DNA of 64,000 nt from the human T2T-CHM13v2.0 reference genome, Homo sapiens (GCF_009914755.1 NC_060928.1), one strand, 5' to 3'; shown: positions 40,865 through 53,212, numbered from the stretch's first letter. The notes: generated from the letters alone by a model not told the origin. Made by a program: numbers and translations.

Positions 40865-41017
40865 ACCAAGTGATATCAGTAGATTTCTAAGATCAGTGTC
40901 CTACTGGACACTTGTGATCTGTGATGATTTTTTAAAAATTACTTTTTTTTTACTTTGGTTCAAATTGTCTGAGTATCTTCAGAAAAGTTTTGTGTAGGCA
41001 GTTGTCAAGGTGTGCAA
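40865..41017 (+). repeat. Dispersed direct duplication, copy B
   Basis: Matches 37741-37893 at an offset of about 3124 bp. Confidence 0.92.
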
Positions 41018-41544
41018 TACAAGAAATGGTTGAGGTTGATGTTTATCTATAGTTTCTATTGCTTTATTTAGAACTGAGTTAGCATACAATGTAGAAACAC
41101 ATAAATGACATTATATTGTCAAAAGATTAACTTTCACAATTTTCACTTTTCTATTACACCATTTCTATTTTTGAGTAGAGTGTAAACAGCTGATAATCTT
41201 ATTATGATTCTTTTCTTATTAGGTTCTATCAGTAAATCAAGATGAAACTGATTTACATACTTAAGGCAAGGGATATCCAATATTAAGCCTATATATATGT
41301 GTGTGTGTTGTATCATGATAATTTATAAAGCTACCTACTTAACTTCTTTTTATGGAAAAGGTTTACTACTCTGATATCCTTCATACAGTGTTTCCATTAG
41401 GGGACTTCCTTTCTTGAGAATACATACTAATTAGTATAGTAGATACAGTGTATATACCTAGATAGGAGGAAAACATAAACCTCACTAACTGATTTGTAAG
41501 ACCCCTAATATACTTAGAGCACATAGAGCATTTTAAAACTTTGG

Positions 41545-41720
41545 ACCCTTACTAGTGGAAGTGTGAACTATGTATCAGCAACAGAGGCTCCACATAGGAA
41601 CTTAGAAAGGTAGAATCTTTGGTCCCATCCTGGATCTACTGAGGATGAATATTTGCATTTTAACAAGATTTCCCAGATGAATCTTATTTATAATAGATTC
41701 ACATTTGAGAAACACTGCTT
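41545..41720. mobile_element. MER5A-like MITE
   Basis: gatctactgagg...tgcattttaacaagatttcccagatga...tttgagaaacactg. Confidence 0.8.
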
Positions 41721-42007
41721 TAGACATTTTATATCAAAGCCTGTTCCACCAGAGGAAGGCAAGCATACTCCTTCTCCCTTTAAAATACATGTTTTTGGCA
41801 AGACAAAATATTGATCTCCAAGTAGGGAGGCTTCCTGATGCCTTGTCATATTGCTTGGAATCAATAGCTTCCTCTGGACCCCAATCATCATCTTGTGGAA
41901 ACCACTTATTAGTATTCTCATTTCATGTACCTCTAGTTTTAGCAGTTCCTCCAAAGACACCACTACTTGTTTTTTTTTCTTTAAGATCTTATTTTGGCAC
42001 TACCTTC

Positions 42008-43109
42008 TATCAGGGGAACCAGCCTCCAATATTTCAACGTAGGTCGTTTCTATTTTCCCTAAGTATCAGCCAGTCTGAGAAATAAAGAGAAAGAGTACAA
42101 AGAGAGAAATTTTACAGCTGGGCCCCCAGGGGTGTCATCACATATTGGTAGGATCATCATGGTGACCCCGAGTCGCAAATCCAGCAAGTTTTTATTAGGG
42201 ATTTTAAAAGGGGAGGGGGTGTACGAACAGGGAATAGGTCATCAGGATCACCTACATCAGGATCACCTTTATTGCTTCAAAGGGCAATAAAGATCACAAG
42301 GCAAGGCAAAATTAGAATTACTGATGAGGGTCTATGTCCTGCCGTGCATGCATTGTCTTGATAAACATCTTAACAGGAAACAGGGTTCGAGAGCAGACAA
42401 CCAGTCTGACTAGAATTTATCAGGCTGGAATTTCCCAATCCTAGTAAGCCTGAGGGTACTGCAGGAGACCAGGGAGTATTTCAGTCCTTATCTCAACCAC
42501 ATAAGACAGACACTCCCAGAGCAGCTGTTCATAGACCTCCCCCCAGGAATGCATTCCTTCCCCAGGGTATCAATTATTAATATTCCTTGCTGGGAAAAGA
42601 ATTCAGTGATATTTCTCTTACTCACACGTCCATTTATAGGCTCCCTGCAGGAAGAAAAATGTGGCTCTATTCTGCCCGACCCCGCAGGCAGTCAGACCTT
42701 ATGGTTATCTTTCCTTGTTCCCTGAAAATTGCTGTTATTCTGTTCTTTTTCAGGGTGCACTGATTTCATATTGTTCAAACACATATGTTTTACAAACAAT
42801 TTGTACAGTTAACACAATCATCACAGGGTCCTGAGGTGACATACCTCCTCAGCTTACAAAGATGACGGAATTAAGAGATTAAAGTAAGACAGGCATAAGA
42901 AATTATAAAAGTATTAATTTGGGGAACTAATAAATGCCCATGAAATCTTCACAATTTATGTTCAGAGATTGCAGTAAAGACAGGTGTAAGAAATTATAAA
43001 AGTATTAATTTTGGGAACTGATAAATGTCCATGAAATCTTCACAATTTATGGTCTTCTGCCATGGCTTCAGCTGGTCCCTCGGTTCAGGGTCCCTGACTT
43101 CCTGCAACA
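42008..43109 (-). mobile_element. MER11 (B/C-like) solo LTR of HERV-K11/HML-8; 6-bp TSD acc(t/c)tc
   Basis: Termini tatcaggggaaccagcc...gggtccctgacttcctgcaaca; internal 90-bp tandem repeat at about 42874-43051; accttc and accctc flanks. Confidence 0.92.
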
Positions 43110-43115
43110 ACCCTC

Positions 43116-43625
43116 CTAAGACCTTTAGCAGAAAACGCAGCAGTATGATAGCTCTGAAACAACCTGTGTAAAATCAACTGGTGAAAACGTTTCTCTCTCT
43201 TCTTCATGTGTCTTTCATTCTGGCTGATTAGTACTCAGCTGAACATAGCATGAGGAGCTCTCTGCAAATCTCAGGGTTCTCTTTCTTCTCTCTTGTACTC
43301 TGTCTTGTAAATGCTAGTGGCCTTGTTCTTCCTGAACTATCAGCTCTGTCCCTTCCTGGCAGAGTCTGCCAGGCTGCAACCAGTATTCTCCTCACTGAGT
43401 CTGGAAACACTCTCAAGGCAGTAAATTAGGTTGATTGGAAGACTCCTCCCCAAACCCCCAAAACACCATATTGTTTCTCCTCTTCCAAAGAATATTGGGT
43501 TTTTGCTATTTGATATTCAGTATCTTGAAAATCATTGCCAATTTGTTTGTTCTGTGTTTCTTATTTTAAGGAGGATGTAAATGTGGTCTATATTATTTCA
43601 TTTTGCCTTGAAGTGGAAGTCTCAA
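43116..43625 (-). mobile_element. Old L1M 5'-region fragment
   Basis: tagtactcagctgaa...ctctgcaaatctc...ctggaaacactctcaaggcagtaa. Confidence 0.6.
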
Positions 43626-43974
43626 TTTTGCCTTGATTTGAAGAGAGCAAGCACCAACCTAATATATTTGCACAGAAAAATCCTTTACTCTAGCTTTGTA
43701 AAACTTCAGCTTTTATCTTAAGTGAAATCAAGAAGTGTTATAGAATTTTGAGCAAAGAAATAACATGACAACATGTTGATTTTAAGAGGAAAAAATTAAG
43801 GAATAAGTCCATTTATCTCTGCAGCCTCTGCACAGAATGTGCTCAGTAATGTTTTTTGATAATAGTAATAATGTAATACAGTTAATTACTTGCCTTAGCA
43901 CCTGGCTACAAGTCACCATTATTTGACACTGATATGTCAGATTCCATGCTAGATTCTTGATTCTTGCTATTCCC

Positions 43975-44140
43975 ACTCATTCTTACAAAAATTAGGTAAA
44001 TATATTAGTCTCATTTTGCAGAAGAGAAGAAACGAGTCTTACAAAGTTTAAGCATCTTCCCCCGGGTTCACATATTTGGTAGTCAAATTCAATCTCAAGC
44101 CCATCTGGCTCCTGTATCTGTGCTCTGTGACATTACTCCT
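43975..44140 (-). mobile_element. MIR
   Basis: attagtctcattttgcagaagagaagaaacgag...ttcaatctcaagcccatctggctcc. Confidence 0.7.
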
Positions 44141-44437
44141 ACTGTCTACATCGCAGGTACTGTATAGTAAGTACCTTGAGAAAATGTAACTTTCTTTTCA
44201 GCTTCTTGCTGTAACTGAAGTATGTTCATTCTCCAAATCACTGAAACATTTGGCTCAATGCAGCTCTCACTCCTGACATTCATGTTGATAATTTTCATAT
44301 GTGTGAAGAAGTTCCCAATATTTTTCTAATTTATTAATTTCTGTCTTTTGAAATGTATGTATTCATGTCATGCTTCTACTCAAAATTCTACAGTGGCTTC
44401 TGATTTCACTTAAAAATCAGCTAAAGTTTTTACAATG

Positions 44438-45530
44438 ATTCTCCAGAGAAACAAACCAAAGGTTCTTCAGAGAAACAGAACCAAGGGTTCTCCAGAGAAA
44501 CAGAACTAGTAGGCTATATATATTGATGTAAACATTAATTTACATTATCATGGGATTGGCTCACATGATTATGAAGGCTGAGAAGTTCCATCATTTTGAA
44601 GGCTGAGAAGTTTCATCATTTGCCATCTACAAGCTGAAGAACCAGGAAAGACAGTGGTGTAATTCAGTCTGAGTCTAAAGGCCTGAGAACCAGGGGAGCC
44701 AGTGGTGTAACTACCAGTCCTAGCCTGAAGGCTCAAGAACCAAAGTCCAAAAGCAGGAGAAGATGGATGTCCTAGTCTATGAAAAGAGAGATGGAAGACC
44801 CAGTATGGTGGCTCATGCTTGTAGTTTCAGCCCTTTGGGAGGCTGAGGTTGGGGGATCACTTGAGGTCAGCAGTTCGAGACCAGCCTGGCCAATATGGCA
44901 AAACTGTGTCTCTACTAAAAATATAAAAATTAGCCAGATATGGTGGCAGGTGTCTGTAATCCCAGCTACTTGGGAGGCTGAGGCATGAGAATGACTTGAA
45001 TCTAGGAGTCAGAGGTTGCAGTGATCTGAGATCACATCACTGCTCTCCAGCCTGGGCAACAGAATGAGACAGAAAGAAAGAGAGAGAGAAAGAGAGGGAG
45101 AGAGAGAAAGAAACACAAAGGAAGGAAGAAAGAGAGAGAGAGAGAGAGAAAGAAAGAAAGAAAGGTAGAGAGAGAGAGAGAAAGAAAGAAAGAAAAGAAA
45201 AGAGAAAGGAAAGGAAAAGGAAAGGAAAGGAAAGAGGGAGGGAGGGAGGAAGGAAGGAAGGAAGGAAGGAAGGAAGGAGAAATGTATGTCCTAGCCCAAC
45301 AAGAGAGAGAAAGAGAGAATTCACCCTTTCTCCACCTTTTTATTCTATTTGGGTCCACATGGAATGGATAATTCTCACCCACATTAGTGAGGGTGGATCT
45401 TCTTTACTCAGTCTACCAATTCAAATGCTAATCTCCTCTAGAAATACAGACTGAACCAGAAATAACATTTTTCCAGCTATCTGAGCCTCTGTCAACCCAA
45501 TCATGTTGACAAATAAAATTAAACATCACA
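44438..45530 (-). mobile_element. MLT2 (HERV-L) LTR, B/C/D type, inserted in L2 and split by an Alu
   Basis: ggttctccagagaaacagaac; gattggctcacatgattatgaaggctgagaag; end aaattaaacatcaca. Confidence 0.85.
44798..45278 (+). mobile_element. Alu (J/early S) whose tail has expanded into a roughly 200-bp GAAA/GA/GGAAA/GGAA compound microsatellite
   Basis: Alu body at 44798-45070; purine repeats at 45071-45278. Confidence 0.95.
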
Positions 45531-45539
45531 AATCATAAG

Positions 45540-45670
45540 TAGAGTGACCATATCATTTATTATTTAAGCCAAAACACTTTTGAGAGTAAAAGAAGGCAAC
45601 AGACAATTATGCTGGAAAAAAAAAGGCACACTGAAACTCTTTCGAACAAACTATGACTTATAGACATCCA
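45540..45670 (+). mobile_element. MER94-like MITE
   Basis: tagagtgaccatatcattta...acacttttgagagtaaaag. Confidence 0.7.
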
Positions 45671-45679
45671 CCAGACAAG

Positions 45680-45960
45680 CATTACATGATCTGGCTTCCA
45701 ATATATTTTCTTATGTCTCCTAATACTTGCCTCCTCATTCTGCTCAAGCACACTGGCTTCTTTGCTCTTCCTCAAGGACACTGACAATTAAGGACTACAC
45801 AGTTGTTGTTCCTTTGTCTAGAATTATCTTTCACCAGGCTCTCCTTCCTTACATCTAAATCTTTTACTAGGGAGGGCTTCCCTAGCAACTAAAAAAAAAA
45901 ATTGCAACCCCATCTCTGCACTTAATATTTTTCATACTCCTTACCCTACATTTTAAAACA
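45680..45960 (-). mobile_element. L2 (continuation of about 44360-44437)
   Basis: ttacatgatctggcttcc...agcacactggcttctttgctcttcctcaa. Confidence 0.75.
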
Positions 45961-47650
45961 TCTATTATTTCTGAAAAAGAATTTGCTATTAAATTGAAAA
46001 CAAAATCTGACTAAAATACTTTCACTGTCCAGAGAAGTAACATAATTTTATTCCATAGAGGTTTGTTCTTTGGTTCATTGATTTAGGAAAACACACTGAT
46101 TGACCTTAATAAAATTTTTCTATTGAAACCACTGTATCTCTTGGGCATTAGTGAGGTCTGAATATGAGATAAAGAAGATGCTAAATTTCTTTCCATGATA
46201 AATTAAAAATTTGAATGTTACAGGCTATAGAAGTAGAGAGGTGGCTGAGACTAGATACAGAAGTTGAAATTTTGGAAATATTAACTCTAAAGAGAAAAGA
46301 GTGCCCTAGCTCTTTGGATAGCAATATCTAATACTAAATGTTAAATTTTCCCTATTTTTGTGCATTAATTATGTAATTACCTTAGTATTGGCCCCAAAGT
46401 GCTGTACGTCCTTTCTGAAAACAGCAATGTTGCAAGAGAAAATATAAAAAGGCAGATTTTCATATTGGTAATAAAACAGGCAAAAAGAGAAGAAGTAAAC
46501 AATTGGAGCTGTCACAAAAACTTATGTGATGACTTTGAGATAGGCCAAAAAACAGTAATGGTAGTCCTTTCTAGGGGTTAGAGTAATAATACCAAAAGAC
46601 ATAATACTGAATGTCATAATCCCAAATGTTGAAATTTCTGAAGATCAACAAACCCTGACATAATGTTCAAAATCATTAATGTTCAAAATCCCCAAAGTTA
46701 CAATGACAGGATACTTCCATCATGTTGGGTGGAGCTATTGCCTTGTTATTATCTTTATATGGAAATTAAGTATGGTTTAAAGAGATGCATATGGGTGGCA
46801 AATTGACAAAGGATGGACATCTGGACTAAATTTTAGGTGTCAATTTGATTGTATTAAGAAATACCTAGGAACTTAACAAAACATTATTTTGGATGTGTCT
46901 GTGATGGTGTTTCCAGAGGAGATTAGTTTGTGAGTATGACTGGACTAGATGAAGATCTTCTCTCAATGCTGGCAGGCACCATCCAATTCGCCAGGGCATA
47001 GAGAAAACAAATACAGAAGGCAATTGATCAGCCCTTTTTTCTGCTGCCTTGAACATCAGAACTCCAGGATCACTGGACTGTGGACTCCCAAACTTAAAGC
47101 AGCAGCCCCCAGGTCTTGAGGCTTTCAGCCTCAGACTGAAAGTTATACTATCAGCTTCCCAATTATCAACATAAAATGCTGAAACTTCCTCAACAAATAA
47201 AGAAATTTTCTTTTTATACATCTGCTTTCATGAAATAGAAAATTTTTCAAGATTTTAGTTCTTCGGGCAACTGCATATGCAGTGGCAACTCACTGTGATT
47301 TTTGATCAATCTCATCAAAAGACTTCCGTTGTCCATCATGATATTTCAGATAAGTGTAGTTATAAAACTGGGTGCACACAATTACCACCATAGAGATATG
47401 TGCTTATACATTTTGCTGTATAACCTATTTTTTATTAATATGATTTTTAAGTTTATAACTGTGGTACCCATGTAACTGTCCTTAGTATACAGGAGTGTTT
47501 ATGCTTGCAAAAACATGTATGCTACTATTGCTTATTTTATTGTGTAAGTTGGCCCATGAATTGTTCTGTCATGTTTTATGTGTTTTTTCTTAAACAAATC
47601 CCCTTTAAAAATGTTTAAATAGATATCTTTTAAATAACTTACTTTTCATG

Positions 47651-48000
47651 TGTGATGGTTAATACTGAGTGCCAACTTGATTGGATTAAAGGATGCAAAG
47701 TCTTGTTCTGGGGTGTGTCTGTGAGGATGTTGCCGAAGGAGATTAACATTTAAGTCAGTGAACTGGGAGAAGCCAGACCTACCCTCAATCCGGGTGGGCA
47801 CCATCTAATCAGCTGCCAGTGCACCTAGGATAAAAAGCAGGCAGAAGAACATAAAAGGACTAGATTTTCTGAGTCTTCTGGCCTTCATCTTTCTCCTGTG
47901 CTGGATGTGATCTTGTGAGTCAATTCTCCTTAATAAACTCCCTTTCATATATACATATATACTATTACTTCTGTACCTCTAGAGAACTCTGACTAATACA
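47651..48000 (+). mobile_element. MLT2A1/2 solo LTR (internally shortened) inserted in Ricksha; TSD t(c/t)atg
   Basis: tgtgatggttaatactgagtgccaacttgattggatt ... ctctagagaactctgactaataca. Confidence 0.9.
47678..47688 (-). promoter_or_regulatory. DUX4-type double-homeodomain motif TAATCCAATCA
   Basis: tgattggatta on the + strand matches TAAYYYAATCA; motif only, binding not shown. Confidence 0.55.
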
Positions 48001-48473
48001 TTATGTTTTATTTATTTTTCTAGAATTACATTGTTGGGATTTTGATCTTTCAAGATTTTCACTTTTGGGATTTTGACATTTGAAATTCTGTCTTTGGGAT
48101 TTATGATTGATTCCCTCATCTAGCTTGCTCCATCTCAGTTATCTCTGCTTTTCATTATTCTTGACCTATATTACAATACTGTATGTTGTAGAAAGCTAAT
48201 AATAATGGAAAAGCTTTCTGTCCTTAAAAATATACATTTTTTTGTGTTCAGTAAATGAATTGATTATTACCTGTGACTAGACAAATTATATGCATCTGTT
48301 TATAAATTCATTTTAGCATTTCATTACTGCATAAAAAGTTGGCTATTTAAATGCTCCTCTCAATCAGTAATAACATCTTACAAGTTCTCTCATTAATTAA
48401 GTTAAATAAAAATTTGACATGTGTTTATATTTCTTAGAGAACCACGATTTTATATTTTAAAAAACATATTGAA

Positions 48474-51400
48474 GAGAGGGATCAAGATGGCTGACTGGAG
48501 ACATCAGACACTCAATCTCTCCAGAAAGAAGAACCAAATTGATACATAAACAATTATACTCCAATAGAATATCTCGGAGAGAACACTAGAATCTGGCAGA
48601 GAACTCACTGGAAACAACTGAGGCACAGAACGTGAAGCAAGCAAATGGCCAGCACAGATGACATCAGCCAGGAGCCTAGAGGGACTCAAAATTGTGGAGA
48701 AAACCTAAGTGGAATAGCTTCAATAGTCCACATTTCTGACCCAGAAAGACTGCTATATTCCAAATCGTGGGAGAACTTCTGTACCCACATGAACCCTGAC
48801 ACCAGGGTGGGTGATGATGTGAAGACTCCACAGGGTATTGCAATAGACAGGGAACTCATGTTGGGTCACTCAGTTCCCTGATAAGACTGAATGGCTGAAG
48901 CAGGGCACCATTTTGGGAACAGAGCTGTCACAGGATTGCGCTTGCCCTGGAAACATTAGCCCCCATATTTCCACATCCCCTGGAGCACCGCCTGATATTC
49001 CCCAGCATCCGCTAAGCAAATGGCAGCAACACAGCACTGGCTGGACCCAGAGGTACTGCAAGGTCCCCAGTACTTTAGCACACAGGGTGGTGCAGCAAAC
49101 CAAAAGGCAGTCCTTAGGATAAAGTAAACCAAAGTTCATGCTTTCCAGAGCATGAGAGCTCTCTGTCTGTGGCTATGAGAAGTGACTTTGCCCCAGTAGT
49201 GAAACAAAATCTGTGCTTGGCTTTGCAAGCAAAGAGTGAATTACTCTCCCACCAGCAGACAGGCATCTGTGGCTCAAGCTCTTGCATAAAGAATAGGACC
49301 CTTCCTACCCTTCTGCACATTCACTCCTGCTGCTGCAAAAGTGAAGGGCTACCAGTCTGTGGTGATGAGTGGCATCTGCAACCCCACCGGCAGCATGGCC
49401 CCCTTATCTGGACTTGTATGTAAAAGTGGGCACCCTCCCCTCCTCCATGTGGCATTATAGCATTCCTGCCACATTCTCTGTGGCAGAAGAGCCTGAGAGC
49501 AGTTTATCTGGGGCTGCAGCCACTACCAACACTACCCTGTACCATTTTGGACCCAGAAGGTGGTCCCACCACAACTACTGCCATTGACCACACATGTCAG
49601 CTGGCCATGGACCTGAGAACCACTCAACCACTCAGCCCACCACTACCACTACTGGCATCTAAGCAAGGCACCTGGAGGCCCAAGAATTGGCCCACTGGTA
49701 ACTGCCAACACAGGTACCAGTGTATATCACCTGGGGACAAAAAGACAGGCACATCAGCCCACTGCTGCCACCACTGGGCTTGAAGACTGGCCCATCTGGC
49801 TTCTTAGTCCCCAGTACAACTTCACTATAGCCTTCACAAATAACTACACCCTCACTCTCAGAGGAAATTACTAACCCTGTTTGCAGACAAAGAAGCCATA
49901 CAGAGATTACACTACTGTGCACAACCAAAATGAAAGACAAAGATGACTACTCTCACCACTCTTATTCAACATAGTACTTCAAGTCCTAGCCAGCGCAATT
50001 AGGCAAGTATAAGGAAGGACATCTGTGTTGGAAACAAGAAAGTGAAAACGTCCCTGTTTGCCGAAGATATAATCTTACATATGACAAAACCTGAAGATTC
50101 CACCAAAAACCTTGTAGAAATAAAGAAATTCAGTAAATTTGCACAATATAAAATCAACATACAAAAATTAGTAGCATTTATGTACTCCAACAATGAACTA
50201 GCTGAAAAAGAATCAGAAAATCAATTCCATTTACAATAGCTACAATAACTAAAATAAAATAAAATAAAATACATAGGATTAAATTTAACCAAGGAGGTGA
50301 AAGATATATACAAGGAATACTGTGGAACATTGATGAAAGACATTGAAGAAAACACAAAAAATTAAAAGGTATCCTAGGTTCATGGACAAAAAGAATTTAT
50401 ATTTTTTAAATGACCACACTATCCAAAGTGATCTACAGATTCAATGCAGTCTCTACCAAAACATCAATGACACTCATCACAAAAATAGAAAAAAAAATCA
50501 TAAAATATGTATGAAACCACAAAAGACCCCAAATATTGAAAGCAATCCTGAGCAAAATGAACAAAGCTGGGGTCATTACACTAACAGATTTTGAAATATG
50601 CTACAAAAGTATAATAACCAAAACAACACAGTACTGGCATGAAAATGGACACACAGACCAGTGGAACAAAATAGAGCTATCAGAAATAAATCCATTTATT
50701 TACAGTCAGCTCATTTTCAACAAAGGCACAAAGAACATCTATTGAGGAAAGAATTGACTCTTCAATAAGTGATGTTGGAAAAACTAAATAAGGATATGCA
50801 GGAGAATGAAACTGGACCCCTATCTCTCATCATATTAAAAATTCAACTCAAAATCCTAACAACTTAAATGTAAAACCTGAAACTATAAAACTACTAGAAG
50901 AAAATATAAGGGAGATGCTTCAGAACATTGGTCTAGGAAAAGATTTTATTAATGAGACCTCAAAAGCACTGGCAACAAAAGCAAAAATAGACAAAATGGA
51001 ATTGTATCAATCTAAAAATCTCTGCACAGCAAAGGAAACAATCAATGGAGTGAAAGGACAACCTAAGGAATGGAAGAAAACATTTGCAAACTATTCATCT
51101 GACAAGACAGTAATATCCAAAACATACAAGGAACTCAAACAACCTAACAACAAAAAAAAACCTTAACAAATACCAAATTTAAAAATGTATAACCGATCTG
51201 AATAAACATTTCTCAAAAAATATGCAAATAGCCTAAGAGTGTGAAAAAAAATGCTCAACATCATTATCCATGAAGGAAATGTAAATCAAAACCACAATCA
51301 GATATTCCCTCACCCCAGATAAAGTGGCCATAATCAAAAAATCGAAAATAACCTGCTGGTAAAGGTGAAAGAAAGGGAACTCTTATACATTGTTCTGGGG

Positions 51401-52124
51401 AATGTAAACTAGTGCCACCATTATGGAGAACAGTATTGAGGTTCCTCAAAAGACTAAAAATGAATTACCATATGACCCAGCAATTTCACTATAGAAAGGA
51501 AATCAGTATATCAAAAAGGTATTGACATCCCCATGTTGATTGCAGCCTTCTTCACAAAAGACAAGCTATTCAATCAGCCTGTGTGTTCATCAATAGATGA
51601 CTGGATAAAGAAAATGTGGTATATATACACAATGAAATAATATTCAGCCATAAAAAGAATAAAATCCTATTATTTGAAGCAACATGTATGAGCCTGGAGG
51701 ACATTAAGTGAAATAACCCTGGAAAAGAAAAATAAATATTGCATATTTTCACTCATATGTGGAAACTAAAAAGATTGAACTCATAGACTATAATAGTAGA
51801 ATAGTGGTTACTAGAAGCTGGAAAGGGTAAGGAAGTGGAGAAATGGGGAGGGATTTGTTAAAGTAGGAAAAATTACAGCTAGATAGGAGAAATAAGTTAT
51901 ATTGTTCTATAGCATTGTAGTGTGATTATAGTCAACAACAATTTATTATATATTTTCAAATATCTAGAGAAGAGACTTTTAAATGTTCTCAACACAAAAG
52001 ATAAATTTTTGAGGTGATGAATACGCTAATTATTTGATCACTATGCATTGTGTGTATGGAAATTCACTATTCCATAACTATGCCCAATTATTATGTGTCA
52101 ACTTTAAAAAATAAAATTAAAATA
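48474..52124 (+). mobile_element. L1MA-type LINE-1: 5'UTR joined at about 49935 directly to mid-ORF2, then ORF2 remnant and 3'UTR
   Basis: 5' start atcaagatggctgac; RT-region remnant SLFAEDIILH (from LFADD); L1MA 3'UTR aaaattacagctagataggagaaataagtt. Confidence 0.88.
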
Positions 52125-52534
52125 AGAGATTAACTTTGAGGCTCTAAAACTGAAGTGTTGAATGTTTAGTCCATTTCCTGGCATGGCATCACAACCCAAG
52201 AAGAATCTGAATCAAGGAATAATGTTGATGTGTCACATGAAAATAGAACAAAGCCATGCCACAATAGGCAGATTCTACTCCAAATACCCTGCAAATTCAG
52301 CTGAAATAAGGAATAGATTCCAAATCTCCCAGAAATTGCTCTGATAGGAAAATAGAGACATAAACACACCTGTTTCCAGAGGACTGAGCAGTAGTCTTTA
52401 GCAGCTGAGGACAAAAAAAGCCCTGGTACCATAAGGGAAAGAGGATATTTGGTTGTAAATGAAGGCATGTGGCCTTATGAGAAATTACAATGACCATTTT
52501 CAAAGGTGGGTGTTTTCCATGCTGTCATTGTCTC

Positions 52535-52925
52535 CTGCAAAGTCAGATGGAACCCCCACTCAAAGTTTGGTTAGATGTTAAAACTGATGACAACACGCAT
52601 GTCATAAGTATGAAAAGTTTAGTACTTCATAATTGGGGTCTTTGGGGGAGAGTATGATAGTTCTCTCACTGTCCAAAATGGCAAGGGAAGGATACTGGTC
52701 TGGATTTTTATTGTGGTTAGGGGTGGGGCCAAGGTGAAGGTTCATATGCAAGAAGAGGCTTAAAGGTTCGAATCTCCCACCTGTGCCAAAGAAGGGAGCA
52801 TCCGAGCTTTATTATCAGCCTACATGGCACACTATCCAGATGTGGGGAACAGGGGAAAGAGGGAGCATGCCTTAATAGCTGTCAGTAATAAGATATCAAG
52901 AAATAGAGGCAGATTCCTCATTACA
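52535..52925 (-). mobile_element. ERV solo LTR, subfamily uncertain (MER90-like)
   Basis: cccccactcaaagtttggtt...gccaaagaagggagca...cagatgtgggg...attaca terminus; family recalled, not verified. Confidence 0.55.
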
Positions 52926-53212
52926 TATACTAATACCCACAATACTATTATCATCATTCAAATAATCCATATGTTAAAATTGCAAGCAGATATAAGAAAA
53001 AACAGACAAAATATATAATAATTCTACCCATCAAAGACAATCACAACTAATAACTTATCATTCTTATGTACTATTGATACATATAATTCTGTAACAGCAT
53101 ATGATGTAGTATCTGCATGATTCTGAATCAGCATATGATTCTGTATCACATGATTCTGTATGCAAAAAACTTTGTTGCATATTGGATTAATTTTAGAACA
53201 ATTAAAGTATTA

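Larger units (their letters stand above)
46575..48115 (+). mobile_element. Ricksha (MULE-MuDR) non-autonomous DNA transposon carrying HERV-L/MLT2B LTR sequence (about 46820-47165)
   Basis: Long degenerate TIRs: ataataccaaaagacataat...cataatcccaaatgttgaaatttctgaagatcaa and ttgatctttcaagattttcacttttgggattttg...tgtctttgggatt; internal MLT2-like gtgtctgtgatggtgtttccagaggagattag. Confidence 0.8.

Noticed and set aside
40921-40972. Box C (gtgatga) and box D (ctga) motifs in duplication copy B
   Set aside because: Only about 50 nt, U/A-rich interior, no terminal stem, and both boxes are absent in copy A; not a credible snoRNA.
42874-43051. 90-bp tandem repeat
   Set aside because: As I recall it is a normal internal feature of MER11B/C LTRs, so not locus-specific.
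44439-44506. Short regularly spaced repeats resembling a CRISPR array
   Set aside because: Contiguous tandem copies without unique spacers, in primate LTR DNA; no cas genes.
52765-52776. Pol III B-box-like ggttcgaatc
   Set aside because: Lies inside an LTR with no A-box or cloverleaf; not a tRNA.
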